DNA of 64,000 bases, from NCBI GenBank assembly GCA_000320545.1, contig ADNK01003348.1, positions 33,511-97,510 on the forward strand, in the 5' to 3' direction. The notes under the pieces are model-generated. The model did not search any database and was not told the origin of the DNA. It saw only the letters and a program-made list of their open reading frames with translations. Shown piece after piece: positions 1 through 15,546 of the stretch. The number at the start of each line of letters is the position of its first letter. The first letter of the stretch is position 1. The translations under genes were made by a program, and so were the position numbers. This DNA comes from Bigelowiella natans CCMP2755. Taxonomy: Eukaryota; Protista; Cercozoa.

Positions 1-497
1 GAGGTCGCGACGACGGACTGCGGAGTTCGAAGAGTTTGCAGCTTTTGGGACGCCTCTCTGCGGGTATGGAGGCAAGATGGATGCGCATACAACGGAACAG
101 ACCTGGATGGACTGCACACCTGCGCCTGCAACCACCTCACTGAGTTCGCAGTACTGGCGGACCGAAGGAGTTGTTCCCCCGAGGAGAATGAGGTCAAACT
201 AGGGTACTGGGGGCTGGTAGGCTTGCTTCTAGTCATTGCATTAGCGGCCTTTGTACAGCTAGCCAGACTTGCCCAAACTGGTTTCAAGAAGAAGAACGTA
301 GCCTGGACCCATTTCTTTGTCCTAGCTGTGGCTATTACCAGAGCTATCAGCGTATTGATGGTAAGTGAAAGCCGAAGAGTGATGCGCTCGCTTGTTAACA
401 GTATCATGTACCGATATGCTGGATGATTCGATTTTTAACAGGCAAAGCATGCATTGATTCCTCCCTTCTCACTTCCTGTATCTCAGCCCCCTCCCCT

Positions 498-553
<56 letters not shown>

Positions 554-753
554 TGTGCCTCTTTTTCTCCCCGTCCCTCCCACACGCATACTCTCTCTAC
601 TTCTCTGTATATTGGTATATATGTATGTCTAGGTGGTTGCAGGGGAGGGGGGGGGGAGGGGGAGAGGGGTTATAGTATTTTGGGGAAAAGTTTTTATGCT
701 TTAGAACAAAAACACTGGTCGCGTAATGCAATAATACGGGCGCATACGCACAC

Positions 754-797
<44 letters not shown>

Positions 798-1967
798 GTT
801 GCCGAGTTGATCTCAAATTTCGAGCAGATTCGTATGCACAACGGCGTTACAGTGGCTCTACTAGCGCTGCCTTATATCTTCCATTACTACCTTTACACCC
901 TGATTATGTTCCAATGGGCTTGTATGGTACACAACTCACGACTTTCGAAAAACCCGTTCGAAAACTTCAAGAAGCGTTACAGGGCGACAGCCACCTCTAT
1001 GGGGGGGGGGGTGGTTGTGGTCGGGGTTCTGTTTTATGCAATAAATCTCCGGCCGTGGATAATAGCAAGCGCCATCGTTGGGATTTCTTTCGCACTTATG
1101 TTTGGTTTCTTCGTATACGGAATGAGGCTTTCATCAATGGTGCTAGAGAAGCTGAATGACATGCGAAAGGCTCAGAGATTCGAGCGAATGGTTTACTGGG
1201 TTACAGGTTCTATGTTTCTCAGCTGTTGCTGCAACATAATAATGCTCGCTGGAAGGGAGATATACATATTATTCCTATTCTCTCTCTGTTCGGACGTGTC
1301 CAGCCTTACTGCAGTTCTCTACATGTTTAAAGACAACGTGAGTAAGTTAGCCGGAAATTCTGCCAAAAGTAGTTCCAGCAGAGCCACGGAGAGGAGGGGG
1401 GGTTCTCACCTCAATGGTAAGAGATCTGGCCCTCTTAACCGAGAGTCGAATCCTATGGGGCATGTTAGTAGTAGACATCGAGTACAAATGTCAATCAGCC
1501 ATACGAGAAATTCCACTATGGCTTACACGAGAGGTAGGATCGTGTCGATGGACCAACAGCGAGGAAGACTCGTATCAACAGATCAGCCACGTCAGCGTTC
1601 CTGCATGCTAAACCAATCGGGATCAGCATCAAGGTCGGCAAGTAAGGTAGGCTCAAGCATAGCATCAGATAATCAGGGATTGGAGATGTCTACTTCGTCT
1701 ACTTCTAGGAAGGGATCGGAAGCGAAGCGAAGATTAACAAACATCGGCTCCAATGCTAGCATTACAAGATTTCGTATCTCTTCTCCTTCCCCCACCAGAA
1801 TGCGTGGAAGGCACACGTGGCATCTTCGCAGCTCGGAAATCGCGATTCCGGAAATCGCGATTCAATCTAGTGGCGTTCCAAGTGGAAGCCGGTTGGTCAA
1901 GAAAAAGACGCCCCTTCATAAAAGTGAAGCTGAACCAGAGGAACAGTGGAAAAACTATGCTATCTAG
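1..1967 (+). CDS. GPS/GAIN-domain multi-pass membrane protein (adhesion-GPCR-like), 5'-truncated by window edge; spliced
   Basis: Frame 1 from nt 1 reads CSFWDASLRVWRQDGCAYNGTDLDGLHTCACNHLTEFAVL, a GPS motif, followed by hydrophobic helices. Donor GTAAGT at 361; acceptor CAG at 797 in phase with ORF 807..1967, which has several TM segments and a Ser/Arg-rich tail. Small extra exons within 361-797 are possible. Confidence 0.8.
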
Positions 1968-2124
1968 AACTTCAGCTTTCTACACAATGATATTCATGAT
2001 TCACACAATTCTCACATGCAGCGCGTACTGCTCTCGAAAATGCGAATCAATGAATATCATGGATGCTTGAAGCACATAATAGTAGGAACAAAGGGATACT
2101 TTGATAGATATATAGCATATGCAT

Positions 2125-2215
2125 TATGAGACGGATGTAATGAAGTAATTAAGCATCTTATTTTCAATAGCCATCCCAATGTAGTCATGCAAAGCAGCGG
2201 CTACAGCGCTTGGAT
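2125..2215 (-). repeat. Dispersed intergenic element, copy A
   Basis: Reverse complement agcgctgtagccgctgctttgcatgactacattgggatggctattgaaaataagatgcttaattacttcattacatccgtctcata matches copies B and C. Confidence 0.75.
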
Positions 2216-3434
2216 TGTATCTATTTGTCTCGTCTACAATGTGTTTCATGCATTTAAAAGCATCTGCCGTATCCTGTCGTCGATGGCGTGCAGTACGTAC
2301 AGCAATTCGTGCCTTTTTTCGCTTCATCTAGTCATCTTCAGTTAGTCGTTACGTCTCATCATTTCGATTCATGCATGATAGCTTTTAATTGGTTGGCCAA
2401 TAGTTTTTGGCAGTGCCTCTGGATCGGAATGGGACAATGCAGCAGCATTAGAATATTCGCATCTATGCGATTCACGGGGGAGAAAGTGCTATATCTCATT
2501 AGCGTTGCTGATGCCAATATAAGAGTCACACCTTGATCAAAATGCACTATGTTTTCACCTTGGCAGAGCAGACGGGAGCGAAACGAATGTCTTGCTTCCG
2601 CGATTCGTTCGACAGCAAAGCGAATCATCGAAAAATCACGTGGTGTGTAGGCGTTGTTCCAGGACACATGTACAAGTTCCGCATTGCTAGATTGGAGAGA
2701 CCTCTCGCCAGTTCTGGTCGAAAAGGACGACAACGTGTGAAGAACCATTGCGACGTGTTGCATTTCGAGTGAACTTCCCCTCAATAATCTCTTTGCAAAG
2801 ACGATAGTGACAGGCAACGGTGCGATGACTTTTTGCAATGTCATTTGGCTTTTTGACAAGTGTTGTTCTCACAAAAGACATGTGATGCATGTGCGCCTTC
2901 TATGATTTTCATCATGTCATGCCTTCTAGCAATATAGTTCAGCAGTAGGTCGTCAGTAGGCAAAGCTTTCAGTTGCGCATTTGCTCGTCGCAAATTTTGC
3001 TACTGATTGTAGTTGGGAAGTTAAATGTGGGGTATGCTACTAGGTCTGCTGCTGCTCTCTCACACATCGGCATAGTCGTCACAATGACGTGCGCGCACAC
3101 ACATGACAACCCATGCACATAATAGCTATGATTAGTACAGCGACATCATTAATTGCATATGTAATGCAATGCGATAATTATTCCTCATTATTTAGCAGTA
3201 TATGCGTATATGCATCCCCCGTCCTTGAGCAAAGCAGATGCCAGTCATTCTCAGAAGCTCATCAGCACAGCAGCCACTGACACCGCTCCCAACAAGAGGC
3301 CGATAAACAGAGTACAGGGCCGCCTAAGATTCATGAGCAAAGTAGCATTCCAAATATGACGGGCATACAAGGATGACGACGATGGTATTCCTCAATGTAC
3401 GATTTCCACACGCACTGCTATCCCCCTCTAGCTA

Positions 3435-5378
<1,944 letters not shown>

Positions 5379-5829
5379 CGCCCCGGAGCTCGAAAGAAAT
5401 ATCGGAGAAAAGTCTTATCTGCGACATGAAAATATCCTTGTCGCACCTTAAACATCCAATCGAATATCATCGTGATTTTCCGGTTTGTCGGGAGAGCTTT
5501 TTATTCCGGTTGGGTACTCGTCGCAGAAGGTCGACCGGCTGTGCGCGACAAATAATCCCCGGCGAGCCCGTCGAGTTTGTCGCCGCTAATTTCCTTCATC
5601 TTCTTAGATGTATCCCGCATGGAAAAAAAACTAAAAGCAAAGGTAAGGGAACGGTGACGTAAGCTCAGCCGCCCCCTCTCCCGCGATTTAAACCGACCGT
5701 TGTACCTAACAAGGACGGGGGTTCAGAGCACTGGTGTTTGGCTGGCACAAAGAGTAGCGGAGTGCGTAATTCAACTAGGAGGAAAAGGTGTCACTCGCCA
5801 CCCCCCCCCCTTCATTCCACCCCTCCCAA

Positions 5830-7203
5830 ATGGCTCCCCGTTCGCAAAAGAAGAGGGTGATATTTCTGCATCCCGACCTCGGACTTGGAGGAGCGGAAAC
5901 TCTCATCGTGAAAGCGGCGCAGGCTTTGAAGGAGAAAGGGCACAATGTCACTATCTACACGTCTTACTACAACCCCGAGCGCTGTATCCAGGCGTCGAAG
6001 GAGCTCGACGTGCGCGTGGCAGGAGACTGGATTCCACGGAAGTTTCTCGGGCAATTCCATATCGTGTTCGCGCTGTTGAGGGCTTTCTGGCTGTCCCTCT
6101 TCGTGGCCTTTTGGCACAGCCCGGACGTCTGGATTACTGACCAGATTGCGGCGTACAATCTCGTCCTGTGGGCGCTCAGCTCAAAGCCGATCGTGTTTTA
6201 CTGCCACTTTCCTGACCAGCTCCTGACGCAGAGGAAGACGCTCTTGAAACGGTTATATCGATTACCTTTCGACCTCCTGGAGCAGTCTGGTACTGCGGCG
6301 GCAGATACCATACTAGTGAACTCAGCGTTTACTGCAAATGTATTTAAGGCCACGTTCCGATTCCTCGGAGGGCGACAACTCCAAATCCTTTATCCGTCCG
6401 TTAGCATTCCTACGCAGCACTCTTTGATGACGGCTGGAGCTTCAGTGGGAAAGGACCTAAAAGGGACTATCATATTCCTATCTATCAACAGGTTTGAACG
6501 CAAGAAAAACCTTGCTCTTGCAATACATGCTTTCTCCGAGTTTCTCAAACTTCTCGCTGCTGAGAGGGAGAGCAATGCCGGTTTGAAGGGCAATAAAACA
6601 TCACATGAAATGGCTGATGAGAGGAAAACCGCACCGCCCGCAAAGCTCATTCTCGCAGGTGGATACGACGTAAGAGTGCAGGAAAACGTCGAGTATTTCG
6701 CTGAGTTGGAAAAGCTGGCCTATGAGGAGTATAAATTCAGTAAAAAACAGGTCGAATTTATCCGATCGTTCGAGGATGCCAAGAAAAGGGAGCTTCTGGT
6801 CAATGCATCTTGTGTGCTCTACACCCCCGAGAACGAGCATTTTGGAATTGTTCCGATTGAGGCCATGGCTCACGGCACACCGGTGATTGCGAGTGATAGC
6901 GGGGGGCCGAAGGAAAGCATTGAAAGCAATGTGACGGGATTCCTCTGTAAGCATGACTCTGTTTCTCAGTGGGCTAGGCGACTCCTTAGTTTTGCGGAGA
7001 ATCAGAATGTCGCAAAGAAAATGGGGAGAGCAGGCAGGTCTAGGGTAGAGAAAATGTTCTCATTCAAGAGCTTCCAGAAACAGCTCCACGACACAATCTT
7101 AGCTGCCAAGGCTAGAAGAGGGCTTCTTGCGCGGCTTATTCTCGGTTCAGTCTGTGTCGTTCTTGTCGGGATGCTGATACTTATGTGCTTCTCCGGAAAT
7201 TAA
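5830..7203 (+). CDS. ALG2: Alpha-1,3/1,6-mannosyltransferase ALG2 (GT4), intronless
   Basis: FLHPDLGLGGAE, FYCHFPDQLL, LSINRFERKKN, AGGYD, YTPENEHFGIVPIEAM and a C-terminal TM helix; first ATG at 5830. Confidence 0.96.
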   Translation: MAPRSQKKRVIFLHPDLGLGGAETLIVKAAQALKEKGHNVTIYTSYYNPERCIQASKELDVRVAGDWIPRKFLGQFHIVFALLRAFWLSLFVAFWHSPDVWITDQIAAYNLVLWALSSKPIVFYCHFPDQLLTQRKTLLKRLYRLPFDLLEQSGTAAADTILVNSAFTANVFKATFRFLGGRQLQILYPSVSIPTQHSLMTAGASVGKDLKGTIIFLSINRFERKKNLALAIHAFSEFLKLLAAERESNAGLKGNKTSHEMADERKTAPPAKLILAGGYDVRVQENVEYFAELEKLAYEEYKFSKKQVEFIRSFEDAKKRELLVNASCVLYTPENEHFGIVPIEAMAHGTPVIASDSGGPKESIESNVTGFLCKHDSVSQWARRLLSFAENQNVAKKMGRAGRSRVEKMFSFKSFQKQLHDTILAAKARRGLLARLILGSVCVVLVGMLILMCFSGN

Positions 7204-7669
7204 CGAATTCACAGCTTAGAGTGACAAAACGTGTAGACATAGCAGACATGCGGGAATCAATCATCATTGTCGGGACTAGGTAAGTAAGTAATATTGCGTC
7301 ACGCGCTGGAGTAGATAAGCATCGTGACAGCATCGTCACCCACTGATAGCGCCAGGATAGAAAAAGATGTTGGAAATGAATTGTAATTAAATAGTTGTTA
7401 AGTACGTATGTACGTAGGTGCAGGCTGTGTGTAAACATGAATTTGATTTGCATTTAAACGCACACGAGTCAGCAGCAGCTAGCATATTTGCCGCCGGTGC
7501 GGATGAGTCGACATCGAACATGTCTATAATACAGTCGGTGAACTAAGACAGTTAATATAAGACAAGTGTTTTCTCTAGATCCACGAGCACAAGCATTTTG
7601 AGTGGTAACATACGAGGAACGCAGTCATCGTTTGCACGTACGTGCAGTGTGTGCACTACCTATTCAACA

Positions 7670-7757
7670 TTAGCGTTGTAGCCGCTGCATTGCTAGTAGA
7701 TGCTACATAAGGATGACCATTGAACAAATTTAATTGATTAATTACATCCGTCTTATA
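7670..7757 (+). repeat. Dispersed intergenic element, copy B
   Basis: agcgttgtagccgctgcattgctagtagatgctacataaggatgaccattgaacaaatttaattgattaattacatccgtcttata. Confidence 0.75.
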
Positions 7758-7817
7758 CTATCTATATGTCTGCAGTTGGGAGTGCAATCTCAATGCGATA
7801 CTACTGAAACAACACAT

Positions 7818-8440
7818 TCATGCATCACTTGCTTGCAAAATTGCAGCAGTGTTGGCAGCAGTGCAACGCTCGGAAATCGTAATAGGGTTGTTGCTATGCG
7901 TTGGTGGATCTTTACTGCTAGCATCCAACATTGCAGCATGCAATGTGTTATCATGAGAATGGGCAATCTCGTTTTCATCACTCTGTAATCTGAATATGAT
8001 TGTTATCATGTTCTTCCTGTTCGAAGGCAATACTGCCATCTTAATTTCTTTGACAAATATACTTATCTACACAACACTTTCCACCACGGCACATCAACAC
8101 GCACCGTAGCAGCATATCACTTGTGCTGAATGCTCAATCTACGTTTGGAGCAAAAAGGCATTTCGCGACAGCTTCTTTATATTTTCCTTCAGCTGCTTCT
8201 CCACGATAGCACTGACAGATATCAACACGATAACAAACAAAAATAACCTCTCATCATGCCATCATCATCGTAGGCATAGAGTTAGGCATTTGTGATAATT
8301 ATGGTAGCATACGTGAGTTGCTTCGAAGCCGGCAAACCTGTCTCTTTCCGTATTATTTTCGTTATCTTTCCAAAGCGGAATGCAAAACAAAAGACGACGT
8401 AAGAAACACATGACACTTACACACACACACACACACATAC

Positions 8441-8479
<39 letters not shown>

Positions 8480-11400
8480 CTAAAAACTTATATTTTTGTA
8501 TCGTAGTTACTATGCCCCGACCCCCCACCCCTTTCCCTCTTCACGCTACACACGCAAACACACAGGAGCGTCACAACAATCGTCAAGCTAGCACCAGCTA
8601 CCTACCACGCGAGTAGTTGCCCCTCCCCTCCTCGATATCTCCTCACGGCGTTTTGCGAACAATTCCCCCATTTTCCTCGTGATCACTATATCTATGTCCT
8701 CCTTGCCTTCCTCGTCGAAATGAATATCATCGTCGTCGTCGTCGTCGTCGTCATCTTCTATCGTGCAGACAGCGGCTTTTCTCCCCTCCTTCTCCTCCCC
8801 CCCCCCATCTTCATCCTCGTCGTCTTCAAGAATTTCATCGTCGATGCTATCGCCATCGTCATCCTCGACCAACTCCCCTGCTCGACGGCGCAGATGATGC
8901 GGGGAGGGGGCATGACGCATGCGGTCGTACAGAGATCGCATGGAAGGGGGTGACGAGGGGGGGGAGACCGCTTCTTGCCTCAATGCGGACTCGAGATCAG
9001 ATTCTTCTTCGTCTCCCTTCTCATCGTCTCCACCCACGGCGTCATCGTCAATCCCATCATCGACATCATCCTCATCATCAAGCCAAATCAGGTCATCGTG
9101 AATAATGACGTCGTCGTCGTCTTTTTTGTCTTTTCCTCCTCGATCACTTGGTCCTTCCTTCTCCTTCTTCTTCTTCTTCTTCTCCCTCTTCGGTTTCGCC
9201 TTCCCAGCAGCCCCTAGCTCGTTCTTCCTGACGCCGTCTCTCACCGATGATGGCCCTTCGCGGTGTGATCTGTGCTCCTGACGCCCATCTTCCCCGACAC
9301 GAACACTATCATCATCATCGTCGTCATCGTCATCAGCGTCGTCGTCGTCATCATCAAAAAACAATGACTCCTTGTTCTTTTTCAGGTCAATGCGTTTGCT
9401 CTTTCTCGTTCGTTTTCTCGGCAGCGCACCGCCCTGTCTACCTCCCTTCGCCTCCTCCTCCGCCTCCTCCTCGTCGCTCTTGTTGATTCTGACCAACTTC
9501 TTCTTGGTACTGAGAAGAGGGCATTTCGAGTAGGCGTGAATAACGAGGCCATCGACGTCGCACCTGAAATAAATCACGTCAGGACAAGTCGGACATATTG
9601 AATCATTTCTTTGCAGTGGGGGACAAGGTATGTTTGTCAGTGTGCTAGAGGAAGAGAAACGGGGCGGGGGAGGACGCGTGGTTTTATTCGCGAATATCTT
9701 ATGAAACTCCCCGCTCTCCAAATAACTGAAAGATATGCTTGCATGCCGCCCCACATCGCAAGAAAGGCCTGAGCAAGTGCGTGTTAGCTTACGTTTCGAA
9801 GGGGAGGCTTTCGTCTACGTCCTCTATCTCTAGCGTATTTGGATCCTCCAAGAAGTAATACTTCCGTGCTCTTTTCTTTTTGCCGTTCTTACCGCGACCA
9901 CCATCTGTCCGGCGGGCCTTGTTGGTTTCGGCCCTGCTCTTCTGAGCTTTTCTCTCTATCCTCCCCCCCTTGCATGCCCTCCGGTGCGAGCGTATGGCCA
10001 AGATACTGTTAAAGTGCCTGCCGCACCCAGGGCAGACGAAGTCTTCTTTTGGGCCGGTATGCGATGAGGAAGGCGGGTGCGAGGAAGTGGCAGCAGAGGG
10101 CGAAGCCGAATCATCAGAGAGGTAAATGGAGGAGAGGGGGGAGGGGGGCGTCTGCTTCCCGGAAGAAGAGCGCATCTTCATCCTGTTGTTGCTGTTCGCT
10201 TTGTCATTCTCCACGAGCGTCGTTTCTTCTTCTGACGACAGGAAAAAGGAGGACATGTTGGAAGAGGAGACGGTGATGACGGACGGGTCGGGAGAGGGCG
10301 AGGTAGAGCGCAAAGCCGAGGAGGGGGGGGAGGAAGGGAAGAGCGGTTCCGCTGGGGGGGGTATCGTCTTTCTGGTAGGTTGCATCCTCTTCTTGCACTC
10401 TTCCATCTTCATCCTGCGGTTGTTCGACCCGCCCTTCTCCATCATCGCCGTCGCTGTTTTCGCCTCTGATTTCGAGGCTACTACTGCCTTCGGCCTGTCT
10501 CTGTTGTCATCATCCTGTTCTGTGATATCTATCACGAGTCTACTACTGCCGCTGCTCTGAAAACCTGCTGTCCCCCCCTGTACCGTGGTCCTTTTGACAA
10601 CGGTTTTTGGTACTTCTGATTCTCGATTCGTATCCTGTTGTAGTCTTTCCTTTGCTGAGGATGAGCGGGTCTTCCTCGACAATTGATGTCTCTCTTTCAA
10701 AACTAGATTCTCATCCTTTTTTGCATGCATTTCTGTTATTGTCCTTTGCTGCCATCTTTTACTGATGTTCTCCTTCTTACCCGTCGTTGTTGTTGCTGCT
10801 GCTACTGCTGCCGTTTTCCTCTTTTTGGTCTTACCCGCCATTTCAAACTTATTCCTATCGGTAGGGTTTTGCTGCAGGTGACCCTTCTTGTGACGAACTA
10901 TCTTCCGAGATCTTTCGTGTAATCTTTTACTAATGTTCCCTTCCTTTCCCGTCGTTGTTGCTGCCGCCGTTTTCCTCTTTTTGGCCTTCGTTGCCAATTC
11001 GAACGTTTTCTCATCGTCAGGATTTTGCTGCAGGCGACCCTTGCGACGAAATTCCTTCCGAGATTTTTCCAGAACCATGTTTAAAACAAATCTGAAGATA
11101 AAAAAAACAAAAAGGGGGATGGAGGTTATCAGTGATGGGTTGAAGGGAATGGCGATTGGTGACGGGTTAATATTCTCGTCGAGTTTCTCCATCAAGGTTC
11201 ATATCCAAGGAACTTACTCATCCTTGAAGTGGGTCACTTTGCGCCTCATCCTCTTCCTACTCTGCTTCTCCTCCAATTTATCGTTATTTATGTCTAACAT
11301 CCTCAGGCATTTGGGCGTAACTTCCCTCTTTCTGTGAAGCTTCCTTCGTGACATCCCCGCTTCTTCTGGCACTGAAGAAACACGGTGCTAATAGTCCTCA

Positions 11401-11527
11401 AAGCAATCGTTAGGAGCGATCCTCTTCCTCTAAGAGCTCCCGCGCCCCTGGATGGCGCGCGACTGCAATGCAGAATGTAAATAACGCTGACCGATGATAA
11501 ATTGAAGACATAATTCCTACGCGACAT
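7818..11527 (-). CDS. Large low-complexity, probably nuclear protein with a C2H2 zinc finger, Lys/Arg-rich repeats and Asp/Glu tracts; spliced, ends uncertain
   Basis: Long exons ~9793-11094 and ~8600-9610 are joined by a phase-compatible GTAAG…AAAG intron (ESLPFET|NDSICPTC). CPGCGRHFNSILAIRSHRRAC is a C2H2 finger. An upstream exon at ~11218-11372 is also in phase. Confidence 0.6.
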
Positions 11528-11838
11528 CAAATATTTGATGTCGCAACAAAAAATAGTACATTTCGCCCAATTCCTTGTCTCTTTGAGATGCGACGGCTAC
11601 TGTTTTGCATAGATGAGTGGGGTTTTTTTAGTACGACATACAGAAAATTCTCGGGGAATTAAAATGGCTCGGGCATATTAACACACAGTCTCAGAACGTT
11701 CCTCCTCCTCCCTTCCATTTTCCATCCACCACAGAAGGAACACCACCCTTGGAACTCGAAGAATAGAGGGGAAAGCGAGTGAAAAAGGAAAGACAAACCG
11801 GGTGGAAACATTCTAGTGAAAAATTCAATAGTAAAGCA

Positions 11839-12576
11839 ATGGCAACCCGTGCTTCATTCGAAAATAGCAACGAGATTGGCGTCTTCGCCAAGCTGACCAA
11901 CTCATATTGCCTCGTCGGCACTGGAGGCTCTCAAAACTTCTACAGCACGTTTCAGTCGGAGCTTGGAGATCACATTCCGGTAATCCATGCTTCAATTGGT
12001 GGTATGAGAATAGTCGGCAGAATGGTAGTAGGAAATAAGAATGGCCTCCTGGTCCCCTCAACAACGAGAGAAAATGAGCTAAAGCACCTAAGGAACTCGC
12101 TTCCTGACAAAGTCAAAGTCCAACGAATAGAAGAAAAGCTTTCTGCTCTAGGAAACTGTGTCGTGGCCAACGACCATGTTGCCCTCGTGCATCCTGACAT
12201 TGACCAGAACACAGAGGAGCTCATCGCCGACGTGCTGGGGGTGGAGGTATTCCGCCAGGCTATCGCCAAAAACACGCTAGTTGGAAGCTACTGCGCTCTA
12301 AGCAATCAGGGATGCCTCGTCCACCCGAAGACAACCGTGCCAGAGCAGAAGGAAATTTCATCGTTGTTGCAAGTCCCGGTGTGCGCAGGGACTGTCAACA
12401 GGGGTAGCAATGTCATAGGGGCAGGGTTGGTAGTAAACGACTGGACTGCGTTCTCTGGAATGGACACGACTTCGACGGAGCTCTCTGTGATTGAAAATAT
12501 ATTTAATCTCCAGGATAAGGAGCAGGAGAAGATGGTCAAGGACATGCAAAGTTCCCTCATCGAAGACCTACTCTAA
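11839..12576 (+). CDS. EIF6: Eukaryotic translation initiation factor 6, intronless
   Basis: [25 protein letters not shown]…EEKLSALGN…AGTVNRGS…[11 protein letters not shown] is a full-length eIF6 signature. Confidence 0.98.
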   Translation: MATRASFENSNEIGVFAKLTNSYCLVGTGGSQNFYSTFQSELGDHIPVIHASIGGMRIVGRMVVGNKNGLLVPSTTRENELKHLRNSLPDKVKVQRIEEKLSALGNCVVANDHVALVHPDIDQNTEELIADVLGVEVFRQAIAKNTLVGSYCALSNQGCLVHPKTTVPEQKEISSLLQVPVCAGTVNRGSNVIGAGLVVNDWTAFSGMDTTSTELSVIENIFNLQDKEQEKMVKDMQSSLIEDLL

Positions 12577-13240
12577 TAATGCTAATATTGGCCATGACTT
12601 CGATTTAGATTGAAGGGCAGGTTCGAAAATGAAGGAGGCCCACCTAGGTGTGGCCCGTTTGTCTAGCATGTAGCATTGATTTATTGCGTATGGCAGTATA
12701 TTCTACGTTACGTCATTACATGTTTACATTTCCGTATTATTTGTGACTCATATTTTGCATGCAAAGCAACAGTACTGTACCCTGACTCCTTCCATGCAAA
12801 GCGATGTTACGCTCGCCATACTAACTAGCTAGTATAGCTGATATACTGATGTCGCGCACACATATAGCGCACAGCCCATTGTTCATTGAAATGATTTTTG
12901 AAGCGACTAGCTGCACATGCATCTAGCTAGCTAGATATATGTCAAATATATAGCTTGGCTTATATAGATGTAAAGCACACCACGATCTGGTCAGTAGGAG
13001 ATGTGTGTTGAACAATTGGGAACTAGTCGTAGACATATGCGCACGCACTTATGCAATGATAATTTTATGACCACATTAGCTAGTTAGTCTATGGCTTATC
13101 GCAAAATGATGTTTAAATACCCATCCATACACAAGCATGGTAATGGAACAAGCAATAAGCTAGTAAGGCTCTAACTTATCGAAGCAGCACGGCAATCTAT
13201 ATCTACATAGTCATCTCTCCGCTATGATTTTTCATGTTAT

Positions 13241-14910
13241 TTATCGCCTCGCACACAAGCTCTGGCTCAAATGCAGGAATACCTTCCTAAACTCAGTCCA
13301 GGGTCCGCGTAACCGCCGCACCAACGCAACACTCGCCATCGACCTTCTCGTCGATGCAGCGCTGCTGCTCTCATGCACTTGGTTGCTACCGGTGTTATTG
13401 CTGTCTCCACCTTTACTGTGATTAGCTATAGCCGCTCCCTTGCCTCGTTCTTCCATCTTGCTAACGGCGGAGGATGGTTTTGGTGGCAGAGTCGCAACTG
13501 CTGCCCTCGCTGCTGGGCCGTCATCATCTCCGTCACCACCATCCTCATCATCAAGGTAAACTTCGATGGCAAGAACCATGTCGGCGTTGCCTCCGGAAAC
13601 AGGCAGCCGTACCTCGAGTCGATATCCTTCTCTGCTGTACCGCACACCCGAACCCATTCGCACTAACACCTCCAGCACACGCCCGAGCAACATCTGAGGG
13701 CTGCACGGTAACTTCATGCGCGTGTAGCACCGCACTGCTACATCGCGATAAGAAGGGGGGGCGGGGAGGGACTTCGAATCCAGGCTGGAACTTATCTTTC
13801 TCTTGACTGACGTAGGGGAGAGGCTGCTGCTTCTTCTCCTCAGGGAACGCATGCGCGTGGTAGTCCTACTATTCGCAGAGGAGACGTCGTCTTCCGTGCT
13901 GAAATAGATGCGGTAATTTCAAATTCCAACTCAGTTTCTGGCAAGCTTTTGTGTGTGCGAGGGTTAGGGGGGAAGGGGGGGGGGGGGGAGGATCTCTTAT
14001 GGATTTGATTCTTTTCGCCATTCAATTTTGACTGCTTGCTTTTTGCCGACTACTACCTTTTCTCTTCGAACGATTCTATCTTCTTCCGCTCGCTCTCCTG
14101 CTCACTGTCGACGATGGTTTTCTTCTGGCTCAGCCTTTTTTTCAGTGCCTCAGCACTCAACGTCTTTCCCTCTGTTAACCACTTTGCTCTGTCAATAATG
14201 ATTTTAAGTGAAAGGAAAAGAAGGAGGAGAAGGAGCAGAACAAACAGCACTAGCCTCAACATTTGAAAATAACCGTGGTAGAGACGCACTCCAATAAAAA
14301 AACTTATTTTGAAAAATGATAAAAAATACAAAATGGGTGAACGCAACACAGAGTGTACTTGTGCAATAATCAATAATCAAAATTATAAAATTGCTGCTCT
14401 TTGGTTTTATATCTGCAGCAAAAGTAATACAGCCGATCGGCTCAAAGCATGCACAAGAAAGGGAAAACCGGGGACGACGGCGACGACGGCGACTACAACT
14501 ACTTCTCAATCGCTGGCATTTTCCAGCGCTTTGAAGACCCGACGCTCAGCATGCCCTCGATTATCTCTTAGGAAGATTGGGTGATACAAGCAGAAATAAA
14601 GAAGAAGAACACAGCAAGTCAGCTGACAGAAGATTACTGCAAAACTAGTCTTTACGAACGATGAAGACGCAAACGTAAGATTGGTGTATAGCGTGTAATC
14701 TTAAAGGGTTTGACTACAACAAAGAAGCTTCCAATCATAAGCAGCAATCGTAATCGGACTGCATTGCTACGACACAGCAACGCTTTGGGATGATGTTTCT
14801 CATATTCTTCACTTTGCCATTATGAAATAAATTCTTGCTGTTCGTTGCATTTCACATGCTCCTTTGTCGTTTTGACCATTGATATTACTTCTACTCTCAT
14901 CAGCATGAAT

Positions 14911-14948
<38 letters not shown>

Positions 14949-15455
14949 TGTACCCTTAAACTCAGGATCAAACGGGCGGTTCTGAGTTTCATGCGCCTTC
15001 CAGAACAGGGAAAACTTGCCCGCCTGGAGCTGCCGAAACCACCAGTCTCTCTTCCCGGGCTCTTGATACCTACCCAGACCGACGTTACATTCATCCGTTG
15101 AGCAGAGTCAGTATGTATTCATAATACAACTCCTTGTTCGTATAGTCGGAAAATCGCTAGCACGCATTTAGGTAATATGGACATATGATAAATACATACG
15201 CACGCATACATATATAGAAACAACGCATACAGGGTATCAAAAGCAGATATGGGAGCGTGTGCCCCTCCCTCCTCGTTCCCCTCCCATCAACCCTAAATTT
15301 GCACTCTTTCGTACACTACAAAAGGCTTACGGCGGACATCCTGTGCTCATTATAAAGAGAATCACCCCGCACGACCAAATATCACAAGCCTATACGAATA
15401 GCAATGCAGCAGCAGCCAAAAAGCATTCAGCCAAGCAGCGTGATAACATTAACAC

Positions 15456-15546
<91 letters not shown>

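Noticed and set aside
404-785. Many short ORFs encoding THTHTH/ERERER/CVCVCV/YIYIYI or poly-D/H/M/I (throughout the window)
   Set aside because: Translations of intronic microsatellites, not genes.
9769-9792. Apparent 24-nt GT-AG mini-intron (minus strand)
   Set aside because: Phase is incompatible with the downstream ORF; the acceptor near 9611 restores the frame.
9754-9800. Possible programmed +1 frameshift linking ORFs 9789..11195 and 8588..9754
   Set aside because: Explained more simply by a conventional intron with a GTAAG donor.
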